Shown: in pieces, positions 35,550 to 46,104 of the stretch | How the letters are laid out: every line of letters starts with the position of its first letter | How positions within the stretch are numbered: position 1 is the stretch's first letter | DNA from: Candidatus Polarisedimenticolia bacterium | Lineage (GTDB): Bacteria; Acidobacteriota; Polarisedimenticolia; Gp22-AA2; AA152 | Assembly: GCA_036004685.1 (NCBI GenBank) | Contig: DASYRE010000026.1 | Span: 45,772-109,771, forward strand | Direction of reading: 5' to 3' | DNA: 64,000 nucleotides | Translations under genes and position numbers: made by a program | Notes under the pieces: generated by a model | The model's database searches: none | Told to the model about the DNA's origin: nothing | What the model saw: the letters and a program-made list of their open reading frames with translations, nothing else

Positions 35550-37469
35550 ATGAGCAAGATTATCGGCATCGACCTAGGCACCACCAACTCGGTGGTGGCC
35601 GTCATTGAAGGAGGGAAACCGGTCGTCATCTCCAACTCCGAGGGCAGCCGGACGACTCCCTCGGTGGTCGCCTTCACCGACAAAGGAGAGCGGTTGGTGG
35701 GCCAGGTGGCCAAGCGACAGGCGGTCACCAACCCGGAGAACACGATCTTCTCGATCAAGCGCTTCATGGGGCGCCGGTTTGACGAGGTGACCGAGGAGAT
35801 GAAGATGGTGCCCTACAAGGTCATCCGCGGCCAGAACGGGGATGCCCGGGTCCAGGTCCGGGACAAGAACTCCTCGCCCCCCGAGATCTCCGCCGCCATC
35901 CTCCAAAAGATGAAGCAGTCCGCCGAAGACTACCTCGGCGAAAAAGTCACCCGGGCGGTGATCACGGTCCCCGCCTACTTCAACGACGCCCAGCGACAGG
36001 CCACCAAGGATGCCGGACAGATCGCCGGTCTCACCGTGGAGCGGATCGTCAACGAGCCGACCGCGGCGGCGCTGGCCTACGGACTCGACAAGAAGAAGAA
36101 CGAAACGATCGCCGTGTACGACTTCGGCGGCGGAACGTTCGACATCTCGATTCTGGAGGTGGGCGAGGGGGTCGTGGAGGTGAAGTCCACCAACGGGGAC
36201 ACGCACCTCGGCGGCGACAACATCGACCATCGGATCATCGACTGGATCGTGGCGGAGTTCAAGAAGGAGCAGGGCATCGATCTCTCGAAGGATCGGATGG
36301 CTCTTCAGCGGCTCAAGGAGGCCGCGGAAAAAGCGAAGATGGAGCTCTCCACGGTGGGGGAGACCGAGATCAACCTCCCGTTCATCACCGCCGACGCTTC
36401 GGGTCCCAAGCACCTGTTGATGAAGCTGACGCGGGCCCGTTTCGAGCAGCTGGCGATGGATCTCTTCGAGCGCTCCTTGCCGCCGTGCAAGCGCGCCCTG
36501 GAGGACGCGGGCCTGAAGCCCGAGAACATCGACGAAGTGGTCCTGGTCGGCGGATCGACCCGGATTCCGAAGATTCAGGAGATCGTGAAGGCCTTCTTCC
36601 GCAAGGAGGAGCTCAACAAGGAGGTCAATCCCGACGAGGTCGTCGCGATCGGCGCCGCCATCCAGGCGGGCGTCCTCGGCGGCGACGTGAAGGACCTGCT
36701 CCTCCTGGACGTCACGCCGCTCTCCCTGGGGATCGAGACTCTGGGAGGAGTCTTCACGCGGCTGATCGAGCGCAACAGCACGATCCCTACGCGTAAGAGC
36801 GAGACCTTCTCGACCGCGGCCGACAATCAGACGAGCGTGGAGGTCCACGTGCTGCAAGGGGAGCGGGAGATGGCGCGCGACAACCGCACCCTCGGCCGCT
36901 TCCATCTCGTCGGAATCCCCTCGGCTCCCCGGGGCGTCCCGCAGATCGAGGTCACGTTCGACATCGACGCCAACGGTATCGTGAACGTCTCCGCCAAGGA
37001 TCTCGGGACGGGACGCGAGCAGAAGATCACGATCACGCACAGCAGCGGCTTGAACAAGGAGGACATCGACAAGATGGTGCGCGAGGCCTCCTCCCACGCC
37101 GACGAGGACAAGAAGAAAAAGGAGGAGGTGGAGGCTAAGAACAAGGCCGACAATCTCGTCTACAGCACCGAGAAGCTCCTGGAGGAGAACAAGGACAAGA
37201 TTCCGCCCGAGGAGGCTTCCCAGGTCCAGGCGGCGGTCGACGATCTCAAGAAGGCGGTGACCGAAGGCGGAGCGGAGGGGATTCAGCGGGCGACCGACGT
37301 CCTCCTGAAGGCCTCGCACAAGATCGCCGATCGGATGTACCAGCAGGCCGCTCCCGGCGCCCGGGAAGGACAGGAGCCGCCGCCCGCCGAGGGCTCCGCG
37401 GAGCCCGAGCGGAAAGAGGGGGACGTGATCGACGCCGAGTACGTGGACGTGGACGAAGGGAAAAAGTAG
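35550..37469 (+). CDS. dnaK: molecular chaperone DnaK (Hsp70)
   Basis: [28 protein letters not shown] signatures. RBS AAGGAGG 10 nt upstream. Confidence 0.95.
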   Translation: MSKIIGIDLGTTNSVVAVIEGGKPVVISNSEGSRTTPSVVAFTDKGERLVGQVAKRQAVTNPENTIFSIKRFMGRRFDEVTEEMKMVPYKVIRGQNGDARVQVRDKNSSPPEISAAILQKMKQSAEDYLGEKVTRAVITVPAYFNDAQRQATKDAGQIAGLTVERIVNEPTAAALAYGLDKKKNETIAVYDFGGGTFDISILEVGEGVVEVKSTNGDTHLGGDNIDHRIIDWIVAEFKKEQGIDLSKDRMALQRLKEAAEKAKMELSTVGETEINLPFITADASGPKHLLMKLTRARFEQLAMDLFERSLPPCKRALEDAGLKPENIDEVVLVGGSTRIPKIQEIVKAFFRKEELNKEVNPDEVVAIGAAIQAGVLGGDVKDLLLLDVTPLSLGIETLGGVFTRLIERNSTIPTRKSETFSTAADNQTSVEVHVLQGEREMARDNRTLGRFHLVGIPSAPRGVPQIEVTFDIDANGIVNVSAKDLGTGREQKITITHSSGLNKEDIDKMVREASSHADEDKKKKEEVEAKNKADNLVYSTEKLLEENKDKIPPEEASQVQAAVDDLKKAVTEGGAEGIQRATDVLLKASHKIADRMYQQAAPGAREGQEPPPAEGSAEPERKEGDVIDAEYVDVDEGKK

Positions 37470-37482
37470 CGGCCGCCGCCGC

Positions 37483-37941
37483 ATGGGGGAATCGATGACC
37501 GTCGTGCAGTGGGACCCTCTCCGCGAGCTCCTGGCTCTCAAGGACCGGATGAACAAGATCATCGAGAACGCGATGTCCCGGAGCCAGTACGGGGGCTCCG
37601 GGGACGCCGGCACCTGGTCTCCGGCCGTGGACATCTATGAAACTCCGGAGAAATTCGTCGTGACGGCCGAGCTCCCGGGATTCACCCCCGGGGAGATCGA
37701 CGTCCGGATCTCGGCGAACACCCTCACCCTCCGGGGGGAGCGCAAGCTCGAGAAGGGAATCCAGCAGGAGAATTACCATCGCATCGAGCGCTCCTACGGG
37801 ACATTTCTGAGGAGCTTTCCCCTGCCGGCCGGCGTCAAGGCCTCCGAGGCCCGCGCCGAATACAAGCTGGGCATCCTGCAGATCGAGATGCCCAAGGCGC
37901 GGGAGTCGGGTCCGGAGCAGGTGCGCGTGCCGGTCTCCTGA
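37483..37941 (+). CDS. Hsp20/alpha-crystallin family small heat shock protein
   Basis: Alpha-crystallin domain (WSPAVDIYET...AELPGF...GILQIEMPK). An alternative ATG lies at 37495. Confidence 0.85.
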   Translation: MGESMTVVQWDPLRELLALKDRMNKIIENAMSRSQYGGSGDAGTWSPAVDIYETPEKFVVTAELPGFTPGEIDVRISANTLTLRGERKLEKGIQQENYHRIERSYGTFLRSFPLPAGVKASEARAEYKLGILQIEMPKARESGPEQVRVPVS

Positions 37942-37962
37942 CGACGGCGGGAGGAAAGCTCG

Positions 37963-39072
37963 ATGCCCGCGGTGGACTATTACGAAGTGCTCGGGGTCGG
38001 CCGCAAGGCGCGCCCGGCCGAGATCAAAAAAGCCTACAAGCGCCTCGCGAGAAAGTGCCATCCCGATCTGAATCCGGGCAACCGCACCGCCGAAGAGCAA
38101 TTCAAGCGCATCACCGAGGCTTATGCCGTCCTCTCGGATCCCGAGAAGCGCCGCCGGTACGATCAGGGAGGGCTGGGGGCCGAGGGTTCTCCCTTCCAGG
38201 GCGCCGGGGGAGCCGGCCCTGGAGTCCCCCCCGATTTCGGGGCGGCGGGATTCGGAGGCGGGTTCTCCGACATCTTCGCGGAGATATTCGGCGAGGGGCC
38301 CGCGCCGCGCGAGCGCGAGCCGCGCACCGGAGGGGACCGCGTCTATCCGATGCGGATCGGCTTCTTCGACGCGCTGCGCGGCCTGACGACGACCATCCAG
38401 ATCGAAGGAGAGGAAGCCTGCCCCGTCTGCGCCGGCCTCGGCGTCGTGGCCTCCTCGCGCGCCCGCGTCTGTCCCGACTGTCACGGCACTGGAAAAGTGG
38501 AGCGTTTCGGGGGAAGGATCCGCTTCACTCCCACCTGCCGCCGGTGCGGGGGCAGCGGCCGGCTGATGGAGGAGACGTGCAGCCGCTGCTCGGGGTCGGG
38601 GAAGATCAGCCGCGTCCAGAAGCTGCAGGTGCAGATTCCCCCGGGAGTCGACACCGGGTCCCGGGTTCGCATCGCCGGCAAAGGGGGCGCCGGCGTCCTG
38701 GGCGGCCCGCCCGGCGATCTCTACATCCTGATCCAGGTCGACTCGCATCCTTTCTTCTCCCGCGCCGGAGACCAGATCCTGTGCACCGTCCCCGTGACGT
38801 TCAGCGAGGCGGCGCTCGGATCGAAGGTCGAGGTCCCGACCGTGGACGGGCCGGCCACCATCCGGATCCCCCCCGGAACGCAAAGCGGGCAGAAGCTCCG
38901 CCTGCGGGGCCGCGGCGCGCCGTCCCTGCGAGGCGGAGCGCGGGGCGATCAGATCGTCGAGGTCAAGGTCGTGACGCCCGACGTGCGCGACGAAAAGGCG
39001 AAGACCCTCCTGCGGCAGCTGGCGGAGCTCGATCGAACCGATCTGAGGAGCCATCTCGGGACACGTTCGTAG
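37963..39072 (+). CDS. dnaJ: molecular chaperone DnaJ
   Basis: J-domain with HPD (YYEVLGV...KCHPDLNP), G/F-rich region, and four CxxCxGxG zinc-finger repeats. Confidence 0.85.
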   Translation: MPAVDYYEVLGVGRKARPAEIKKAYKRLARKCHPDLNPGNRTAEEQFKRITEAYAVLSDPEKRRRYDQGGLGAEGSPFQGAGGAGPGVPPDFGAAGFGGGFSDIFAEIFGEGPAPREREPRTGGDRVYPMRIGFFDALRGLTTTIQIEGEEACPVCAGLGVVASSRARVCPDCHGTGKVERFGGRIRFTPTCRRCGGSGRLMEETCSRCSGSGKISRVQKLQVQIPPGVDTGSRVRIAGKGGAGVLGGPPGDLYILIQVDSHPFFSRAGDQILCTVPVTFSEAALGSKVEVPTVDGPATIRIPPGTQSGQKLRLRGRGAPSLRGGARGDQIVEVKVVTPDVRDEKAKTLLRQLAELDRTDLRSHLGTRS

Positions 39073-39120
39073 TAACATACGGCCCACCGGGCGGCGCCGG
39101 TAGGCGCCGGAAAGGTCGTC

Positions 39121-39504
39121 GTGAAGCGGGACAAGGCCTATTACATGATCAGCGTCGTTTCGAAGCGCTTCGATGTACATCCTCAGACGCTGAGGCTCTA
39201 CGAGCGCGAAGGTCTCCTGAAGCCGAGCCGCACGGAAGGAAACACGCGCCTCTATTCCGATGAGGATTTGAACCGCCTCTCCCGGATCCTGCGCCTCACC
39301 CGCGATCTCGGCGTGAATCTCGCGGGCGTGGAGGTCGTCCTGAACATGCAGGAGGTCATGGACCGGATGGAGCACGAGTTCAACGATCTCCTGGAGTCGC
39401 TGCGCGAGGAGCTGCGCAAGCGGGAAAAAGAAACCCGGACACGGCCCTCTCAGGCCCTCGTCCACGCCCGTCCCGGGCGTGTGATCCCTATCAAGAAGGG
39501 GTGA
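39121..39504 (+). CDS. hspR: MerR-family heat shock repressor HspR
   Basis: YMISVVSKRFDVHPQTLRLYEREGLL matches the HspR HTH. Terminal position in a dnaK-hsp20-dnaJ-hspR operon. Confidence 0.8.
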   Translation: MKRDKAYYMISVVSKRFDVHPQTLRLYEREGLLKPSRTEGNTRLYSDEDLNRLSRILRLTRDLGVNLAGVEVVLNMQEVMDRMEHEFNDLLESLREELRKREKETRTRPSQALVHARPGRVIPIKKG

Positions 39505-39505
39505 G

Positions 39506-40363
39506 ATGGACGAAGAAAACGTAATTCGGAAGCGCGTTTCCTCCGAGACGCTCAAGAAGTACCTTCAGGAGATTTCCCGCCTGGAGCGGATCACGCCCGA
39601 CGAGGAGAAGGTCCTCGGCGATCTCATCCAAGGGGGAGATCGGCAGGCGCTCCAGCGCCTGGTGGAAGCCAATCTCCGGTTCGTCGTGAGCTTCGCCAAG
39701 AAGTACCGCGGCTGCGGCCTGTCGTTCCTCGACCTGATCAACGAGGGGAACATCGGCCTGATCGAGGCCGCCAAGCGCTTCAATCCGAAGAAGAACGTCA
39801 AGTTCATCACCTACGCCGTCTGGTGGGTGCGCCAGGCCATCATCCACGCCCTGTCCGACCACAGCGGGGCGTTCCGGCTTCCCCAGAAGCAGGCCAACCT
39901 GCTGTATCGAATCGGCAAGACGATCTCCCAGCTCACCCTCGAGCTGGAGCGCCATCCGAGTCCCGACGAGATCGCGCGCAAGCTCGACATCCAGGTGGAG
40001 GAGGTGACCAACCTTCTCCAAGTGGCGGACGAAAACGTCTCGCTGTCCACTGTCATCGACGAGGAGCACGACTTCCACCTCTCCGACAAGCTGGAGCAGG
40101 AGCAGATCCCTTCGGCCGACGACACGCTGCTTCGCGATTCGCTGAGGACCCATCTCTCCGCCTGTCTGGACGAGCTGGATCCCAAGGAGGAGAAGGTCCT
40201 GCGCCTGCGCTTCGGGCTGGACGAGGAAGAACCGAAGACCCTGAAGGAAATCGGCGAGATGATGGGCCTGTCGCGCGAGAGAATCCGCCAGATCGAGGCC
40301 CAGGCGCTGGAGAAGCTGAACCGATCCCAGAAGTGCCAGCAGCTCCGCGGCTATCTGAACTAG
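39506..40363 (+). CDS. RNA polymerase sigma factor, sigma-70 family (group-2/3-like, lacks region 1.1)
   Basis: Regions 2.1-2.4 (FITYAVWWVRQAI), 3 and 4.2 (LKEIGEMMGLSRERIRQIEAQALEKL). No RpoH box. 285 aa. Starts 1 nt after the hspR stop. Confidence 0.8.
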   Translation: MDEENVIRKRVSSETLKKYLQEISRLERITPDEEKVLGDLIQGGDRQALQRLVEANLRFVVSFAKKYRGCGLSFLDLINEGNIGLIEAAKRFNPKKNVKFITYAVWWVRQAIIHALSDHSGAFRLPQKQANLLYRIGKTISQLTLELERHPSPDEIARKLDIQVEEVTNLLQVADENVSLSTVIDEEHDFHLSDKLEQEQIPSADDTLLRDSLRTHLSACLDELDPKEEKVLRLRFGLDEEEPKTLKEIGEMMGLSRERIRQIEAQALEKLNRSQKCQQLRGYLN

Positions 40364-40372
40364 GAGGGAGCC

Positions 40373-41104
40373 GTGCCGGCCGCCGCCGCTGACTGTCCCG
40401 AATGCCACGGCGCGGGGTACCGCGTGCTCGAGTCCCCGGACGGCCGGAGCAGCGCCGTCCCGTGCGCCTGCCGCCAGGGGGAGCGCGAGGGAAGCCTGAT
40501 GGACCAGGCGCGCATCCCCCGGCGCTACCACCGCTGCGATTTCGAGAACTTCGACGGCATTTCCCCCTCGCACCGCTCGGCCAAGCAGAAAATCGAGAAG
40601 TACGCCCGCGAATACCCGGCCATGGAGTCGGGGCTGCTGCTCATGGGCCCGCCCGGGGTGGGGAAGACGCACCTCATGGTGGCGCTCATCCGCCACCTGA
40701 TCCATCAAAAAGGGGTCGCCTGCCTGTTCTACGACTTCCAGGATCTCCTCAGGGAGATCCAGAATTCCTACAACCCCGACTCGAAGACTTCGGAGCTGGG
40801 GATTCTCCAGCCGCTGTTCGCCGCCGAGGTCCTGGCGCTGGACGATCTCGGAGCCCGCAAGCCGACGATCTGGGTCGAGGAGACGCTCACCCACATCATC
40901 AGCACCCGCTACAACGACATGAAGACGACGCTGTTTACCACCAACTACCTCGATTCACCGCTGCGCAACGACGATTCGACGCTCACCGATCGTATCGGCG
41001 AAAGAGTGCGATCCCGGCTTCACGAGATGTGCCGGGTCGTCGAGATCTCGGGCAAGGACTACCGCGAGCACGTGAGAAAAGCCGACATCCGCCTGCGTCC
41101 CTGA
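40373..41104 (+). CDS. DnaC/DnaI/IstB-family AAA+ ATPase with N-terminal zinc ribbon (putative helicase loader)
   Basis: CPECHG...CACRQG zinc ribbon. Walker A GPPGVGKTH, Walker B LALDDLG. GTG 40373 with RBS GGAGG. Confidence 0.65.
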   Translation: MPAAAADCPECHGAGYRVLESPDGRSSAVPCACRQGEREGSLMDQARIPRRYHRCDFENFDGISPSHRSAKQKIEKYAREYPAMESGLLLMGPPGVGKTHLMVALIRHLIHQKGVACLFYDFQDLLREIQNSYNPDSKTSELGILQPLFAAEVLALDDLGARKPTIWVEETLTHIISTRYNDMKTTLFTTNYLDSPLRNDDSTLTDRIGERVRSRLHEMCRVVEISGKDYREHVRKADIRLRP

Positions 41105-41166
41105 CCTCCTTCGGCGGCGAACTTTCGCCCCCTTCGGCGCTTCCCGGCTCATCATTGGCCCCGGGC

Positions 41167-41195
41167 TTGCATTAGCCGGATCCCTCTGTTAAGAT
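41167..41195 (+). promoter_or_regulatory. sigma70-type promoter upstream of thiolase operon: TTGCAT-N17-TAAGAT
   Basis: -35 TTGCAT at 41167-41172. -10 TAAGAT at 41190-41195. Confidence 0.45.
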
Positions 41196-41237
41196 GCGAT
41201 AGTAGTGAGGCTTAGCGTCATCCCCTGGGGAGCGCTC

Positions 41238-42431
41238 GTGGAAAAGTCATCGAAAGTGGTATGGATTTTGGGAGGGGCCCGAACTCCCATGGCCGAGTAC
41301 AACGGCCGCTTCCGCGACATCCCGGAAACGGAGCTCGGCGCCCTGGCCGCGCGGGAAGCCCTGATTCGCGCGGCGATCCCGGCCCACGCCGTCCAGCACG
41401 CCGTTTTCGGCAACGCCCTGCAGACCAGCGGCAACGCCATGTACGGGGCCCGCCACGCGGCCCTGAAGGCCGGCCTTCCCATCGAGGTTCCCGCGTTCAC
41501 CGTCAACCGGCTTTGCGGCTCGGGAATCCAGTCGATTCTCTCCGCGGTCCACCTGATCCGGAACGACGAGGCCGACACCGTCCTGGCGGGCGGCATGGAG
41601 AACCTGAGCCAGGCGCCGCACGTGATTCGCGGCGCCCGCGTCGGATTCCGCCTCGGCGAGGGGAAGCTTGAAGACTCGTTGATGGTCGCCCTGATGGACA
41701 GCCACTGCGGCCTCTACATGGCCCAGACAGCGGAGAAGATCGCCAAGGAGCGCGGGATCAGCCGGGAGGAGCAGGACGCCTTCGCGCTCCGGAGCCAGCG
41801 CCTGGCGGAGGAAGCCTACCGCGCGGGCAGGATGCAGGAGGAGATCGTCCCGGTCAAAGTGCGGGAAGGGCGCTCCGAGATCCTCTTCGCCGAGGATGAT
41901 CACCGGCGGGCCGACACGACCCTCGAGAAGCTCTCCAGGCTCCCGGCGGCGTTCAGCAAGGAAGGAACGGTGACGGCCGGCAACGCCTCGGGAATCGTCG
42001 ACGGGGCGGCGGCGGTAGTCGTCTCTTCGAACCCGCACGCGGGCGACCGCAAGCCCCTGGGGAAGATCGTCGCCTGGGGAATCGCGGGCGTCGAGCCCAG
42101 CATCATGGGAATCGGTCCGGTGCCCGCCACGCGCCAGGCGCTCGAGCGCGCCGGCCTCCGACTTTCGGAAATCGACTTGATCGAGGTGAACGAGGCTTTC
42201 GCGGCGCAATACCTGGCGGTCGAGAAGGACCTGGGTCTGGACCGCGACCGCGTCAACGTGAACGGGGGCGCCATCGCCCTGGGCCATCCACTCGGGGCCA
42301 CCGGCACGCGTCTCGTGCTGACGCTCCTCCTGGAGCTGCGGCGGCGGAACGCGCGCTTCGGCCTCGCGACCGCCTGCATCGGCGGAGGCCAGGGAATCGC
42401 GATCATCGTGGAATCGGCCGGCCGGGGCTGA
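41238..42431 (+). CDS. acetyl-CoA C-acetyltransferase (thiolase II)
   Basis: ARTPMAE.. N-terminus, catalytic Cys region VNRLCGSG, C-terminal GLATACIGGGQGIA. GTG 41238 with RBS GGGGAG chosen within the longer track ORF. Confidence 0.85.
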   Translation: MEKSSKVVWILGGARTPMAEYNGRFRDIPETELGALAAREALIRAAIPAHAVQHAVFGNALQTSGNAMYGARHAALKAGLPIEVPAFTVNRLCGSGIQSILSAVHLIRNDEADTVLAGGMENLSQAPHVIRGARVGFRLGEGKLEDSLMVALMDSHCGLYMAQTAEKIAKERGISREEQDAFALRSQRLAEEAYRAGRMQEEIVPVKVREGRSEILFAEDDHRRADTTLEKLSRLPAAFSKEGTVTAGNASGIVDGAAAVVVSSNPHAGDRKPLGKIVAWGIAGVEPSIMGIGPVPATRQALERAGLRLSEIDLIEVNEAFAAQYLAVEKDLGLDRDRVNVNGGAIALGHPLGATGTRLVLTLLLELRRRNARFGLATACIGGGQGIAIIVESAGRG

Positions 42432-42484
42432 CCCCTCAAACTCATCATCAGGCGGCCCCCGGGACCGGGCTGCGGGGAGAGGCG

Positions 42485-43372
42485 ATGACAATCCGCACCG
42501 TGGGAGTCCTGGGCGCCGGTCTGATGGGATCGGGAATCGCCCAGGTTTCGGCGCAGGCCGGATACCCGACGACGGTCCTGGAGATTTCCCAGGATCTGGT
42601 GGACCGAGGGCTCAAGCGGATCGAGGGGTTCCTCCGGAGCGGCGTCGAAAAGGGGAAGATCGCCCCCGAGGTCCAGGCGAAGACGCTGGCGCTTTTGAAG
42701 GGCGCCACGCGGATGGAGGATCTCGCCGACTGCGATTTGATCGTCGAGGCCGTCAGCGAGAACCTGGAGGTCAAGCGCCAGACTTTTTCCCGCCTGGACA
42801 AAATCTGCAAGCCCAAGGCGATCTTCGCGAGCAACACCTCCTCCCTTTCGATCACCGAAATGATGGGCGCCACCTCGAGGCCGGACCGTTTCATGGGCCT
42901 CCATTTCTTCAATCCGGTCCCCTTGATGAAGCTGGTCGAGGTAGTGCGCACCGTGGTGACCGGCGAGGAGGTCGAAGCCACCGCGCTCGCCTTCGTGCGG
43001 TCGCTCGGCAAGACCCCTATCCGGACGTCGGACCGAACCGGCTTCGTCGTCAACCGCCTGCTCGTGCCTTTCCTGCTGGACGCGATCCGGGCGCTCGAAT
43101 CGGGAGTCGGGACGATCGAGGAGATCGACGCCGGGATGAAGCTGGGGTGCGGCCATCCGATGGGACCCTTCACGCTGCTCGACTTCGTCGGGTTGGACAC
43201 CACTTACTCGATCGCGGGAATCATGTTCGACGAGTTCAAGGAGAGCCGCTTCGCCGCGCCGCCGCTGCTCAAGCGCATGGTCCTGGCCGGCATGCACGGA
43301 AGAAAATCCGGAAAGGGTTTCTACGACTACGCCAAGGAGCCGCCCGTCCCCCAGAACCATCTGGCGTCGTGA
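42485..43372 (+). CDS. 3-hydroxybutyryl-CoA / 3-hydroxyacyl-CoA dehydrogenase
   Basis: NAD-binding VGVLGAGLMGSGIAQV and the Hbd C-terminal domain. Confidence 0.85.
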   Translation: MTIRTVGVLGAGLMGSGIAQVSAQAGYPTTVLEISQDLVDRGLKRIEGFLRSGVEKGKIAPEVQAKTLALLKGATRMEDLADCDLIVEAVSENLEVKRQTFSRLDKICKPKAIFASNTSSLSITEMMGATSRPDRFMGLHFFNPVPLMKLVEVVRTVVTGEEVEATALAFVRSLGKTPIRTSDRTGFVVNRLLVPFLLDAIRALESGVGTIEEIDAGMKLGCGHPMGPFTLLDFVGLDTTYSIAGIMFDEFKESRFAAPPLLKRMVLAGMHGRKSGKGFYDYAKEPPVPQNHLAS

Positions 43373-43400
43373 GCGCCCCGCCCGCGAATCAGGGAGAGCC

Positions 43401-44183
43401 ATGAGCTACCAAAACCTTGTGGTGCAAGTTCAGGATCGGATCGGCCGGATCACGGTGAACCGTCCCGAGAAGCTCAACGCGCTGAACCGGGCCACGCTCG
43501 AGGAGATCGACGCCGCGTTCGCGGCCATGGGCTCGGATCCGGCGGTTGGGGCGATCCTTCTGACCGGAGCGGGGGCGAAAGCCTTCATCGCCGGCGCCGA
43601 CATCAACGAGCTGGCCCGGCAAACCCCCGTGGAGGGGCGCGAGTACACGCTGTTCGGACAGGGCGTCCTGAACCGCATCGAGTCGCTCGGCAAGCCGGTC
43701 CTGGCGGCGGTGAACGGGTACGCGCTGGGAGGCGGCTGCGAAATCGCCTTGGCCTGCACGCTCCGTTTCGCGTCAAGCGCCGCCCGCTTCGGCCAGCCCG
43801 AGGTGAATCTCGGGATCATCCCCGGGTACGGCGGAACCCAGCGTCTGGCCCGGCTGATCGGCCGGGGCAGGGCGCAGGAGATGATCCTGACCGGAGAGAT
43901 GATCGATGCCGCGGAAGCGCACCGGATCGGGCTCGTCAACGCGGTCGTGGCGCCGGAGGAACTGATCCCGCGGACCGAGTCGGTCGCCCGGACGATCCTG
44001 TCGAAAGGGCCTCTCGCGGTCCGCTACGCGCTCGACGCCGTGCACCGGGGGCTCGACATGCCGGCGCGCGAAGGGCTGGCCTACGAGGCGGCCCTTTTCA
44101 GCGTGCTCTGCGCCTCGGAAGACATGAAGGAGGGGACGAAAGCGTTCCTGGAGAAGCGCAAAGCGGAGTTTCGGGGACGCTGA
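43401..44183 (+). CDS. enoyl-CoA hydratase (crotonase)
   Basis: Crotonase fold (AAVNGYALGGGCEIALACTLRFAS). Confidence 0.85.
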   Translation: MSYQNLVVQVQDRIGRITVNRPEKLNALNRATLEEIDAAFAAMGSDPAVGAILLTGAGAKAFIAGADINELARQTPVEGREYTLFGQGVLNRIESLGKPVLAAVNGYALGGGCEIALACTLRFASSAARFGQPEVNLGIIPGYGGTQRLARLIGRGRAQEMILTGEMIDAAEAHRIGLVNAVVAPEELIPRTESVARTILSKGPLAVRYALDAVHRGLDMPAREGLAYEAALFSVLCASEDMKEGTKAFLEKRKAEFRGR

Positions 44184-44225
44184 GCGCCGCGCCGGGAAAC
44201 GGGAGGCTCTTGGACCGGAAGTCGT

Positions 44226-44253
44226 TGACATCGAAGGCCTCAACCCTATATTT
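44226..44253 (+). promoter_or_regulatory. sigma70-type promoter upstream of lptC/A-lptB-rpoN-hpf: TTGACA-N16-TATATT
   Basis: -35 TTGACA at 44226-44231. -10 TATATT at 44248-44253. Confidence 0.5.
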
Positions 44254-44280
44254 GATGCGAGCGACACGGGAGAATCGAAA

Positions 44281-46104
44281 GTGTCCGAACTGGCGCCGGA
44301 ACGAGTCAATCTCCGCCCGCTGAGGCTGCTTACGGCCCTGCGCGTCGTGGTCGCGGCGCTGCTCGTGGCGTTCGCGATCGTCATCTTCCTGAGCTTCGGC
44401 AAGAAAGAGGAGGATCCGGTCCGGATCCAGATCTCGCAGCCCGCCGGAAGCTCCGACGAGAAAGTGGTCGACCTGTCCGACAAGTTCTACATCACCGGCA
44501 CCAAGGGGGGATCGGAATCTTTCAAGATGCGCGCCGACCAGGTGACAGGGTTCGTGGGCGACAAGAAGACGCTGAAGGGGGTTCACCTCGAGGTGGTCGG
44601 GGAGAACGGAGAACGGCTGAACCTCGCGGGGAACGAGGGCCAGTTCGACATGGCCGACAAGAGGGCCCACCTCTCCGGCGACGTTCAGGTGGCCGGAAAG
44701 AACGGCTTCAAGCTCACCACCTCCAGTCTGTACTTCGACGGCCAGCGCGACGTCATCTTCACCTCCGACGAGGTCTTCTTCGAGAATGCGGGGCTGGAGG
44801 GGCGCGGCCGGGGGCTCAACTACCTGACCCGGGAGCAGACGCTGAAGATTTCCGCCGAAGTGCACGTCACGCTCCGGCCCGAGACCGCCGACGCCTCCCC
44901 GGTCGAGATCACCAGCGGCGACATGGCGCTCGGCCTGCGGGAGAACGACGTCGTCTTCAACGACTCGGTCGTGATGACCCGCGGCCCCGACGTCTTTTCC
45001 GGGAACTATCTCAAGGCGACGCTCGATTCCTCCCGCCACCGCATCCTCTCGGTGAAAGGCTACGGGCAGGTCTCGGCGAATTTCCTGTCGGGAAAGGGGA
45101 ATGCCCGGGCGAGCGTCGACGCCGACACGCTGGAGGCGAGCTTGACGCCCGACGGCAAGACGGTGGAGAAAGTCACCGCCCGGGGGAACTGCCGGCTCCG
45201 CCGGGAAGGGATGACCGCCACCAGCGACTCGCTGCTCGCCGAGGCGGCCGCCGACAAGATCTCCTTGCGGGGGGAGCCGGTCCTGCTCGACGCGCGCAGC
45301 CGCATCGCGGCGGAAGAGATCGATCTGCATCCCGGCGAGCGGGGATTCGAGGCGCGCGGCGACGTGAAGACGTCGTTTCAGCCCTCCTCGCCGGGCTCGC
45401 CCGCTTCGAGCCCGTCCTTCTTCAGCCCCAAGGAGTCGGTCTATTTCCAATCGGCCCGCCTGACGGTGGAGGACGGAGGCAACCTGGCGCGGTATTCCGG
45501 AAGCGCCCGCGGCTGGCAGGGGGATGATTCCCTGCAGGCCGAGGAGATCTTCCTGCACTTCGCCGACCGCCGGATGAGCGCGTATCGCAACGTCCTGTGC
45601 CGCTTCGCGTCGAGCCCGGGAGCGTCCCCGGCCGCCGAAAAGGCTCCGCCTTCCTCGCCCACGATCATCGTCGCTTCCTCCATGGACTACGCCGAATCGG
45701 AGGGGACCGTTCATTTCCGGGACGCGGTGAAGATGACGGGCCGTGACACGGTCGTCCTGGCGGAGCGGATGCACGTCAGCCTCACCCCGGCGGGGGAAGG
45801 GCGGCGAAAGGTCGCGCGGGTCCTGGCGGACAGCATGGTGCGCTTCACGCACCTGACGAATTCCGGGACCTCGGACCACCTCGTCTACACGCCCGACGAC
45901 GAAATGGTGGAGATGCGTCAGGACGCCGGCCTCGCGGAAGTCGTGGATCACACCAACGGCCGGATCCTGCGCGGCAAGACGCTGACCTTCGACACGAAGG
46001 GGAACCGCGTTCTCACCGAAACCACCGAGGGCGGTCGCACCTGGATCACCCTCAATCCCAAGGACAAGGACACGCGCGCCCTTGAATCGAAGATTGGACA
46101 TTGA
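44281..46104 (+). CDS. LptC/LptA-like (OstA family) lipopolysaccharide transport protein, long form
   Basis: N-terminal TM anchor (LLTALRVVVAALLVAFAIVIFL) then repeated OstA-like beta-jellyroll segments. Position immediately upstream of lptB-rpoN-hpf. Confidence 0.6.
   Translation: MSELAPERVNLRPLRLLTALRVVVAALLVAFAIVIFLSFGKKEEDPVRIQISQPAGSSDEKVVDLSDKFYITGTKGGSESFKMRADQVTGFVGDKKTLKGVHLEVVGENGERLNLAGNEGQFDMADKRAHLSGDVQVAGKNGFKLTTSSLYFDGQRDVIFTSDEVFFENAGLEGRGRGLNYLTREQTLKISAEVHVTLRPETADASPVEITSGDMALGLRENDVVFNDSVVMTRGPDVFSGNYLKATLDSSRHRILSVKGYGQVSANFLSGKGNARASVDADTLEASLTPDGKTVEKVTARGNCRLRREGMTATSDSLLAEAAADKISLRGEPVLLDARSRIAAEEIDLHPGERGFEARGDVKTSFQPSSPGSPASSPSFFSPKESVYFQSARLTVEDGGNLARYSGSARGWQGDDSLQAEEIFLHFADRRMSAYRNVLCRFASSPGASPAAEKAPPSSPTIIVASSMDYAESEGTVHFRDAVKMTGRDTVVLAERMHVSLTPAGEGRRKVARVLADSMVRFTHLTNSGTSDHLVYTPDDEMVEMRQDAGLAEVVDHTNGRILRGKTLTFDTKGNRVLTETTEGGRTWITLNPKDKDTRALESKIGH

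Noticed and set aside
39070-39120. GGCGCC-GGTA-GGCGCC hairpin between dnaJ and hspR as a terminator
   Set aside because: No U-tract follows, and hspR is expected to be co-transcribed with dnaK/dnaJ. At most a minor attenuator.
35574-39555. Minus-strand ORFs 35574..37634 and 37246..39555 opposite the dnaK operon
   Set aside because: dnaK, hsp20, dnaJ and hspR are unequivocal on the plus strand. The minus-strand ORFs are Arg/Gly/Leu-rich artefacts.
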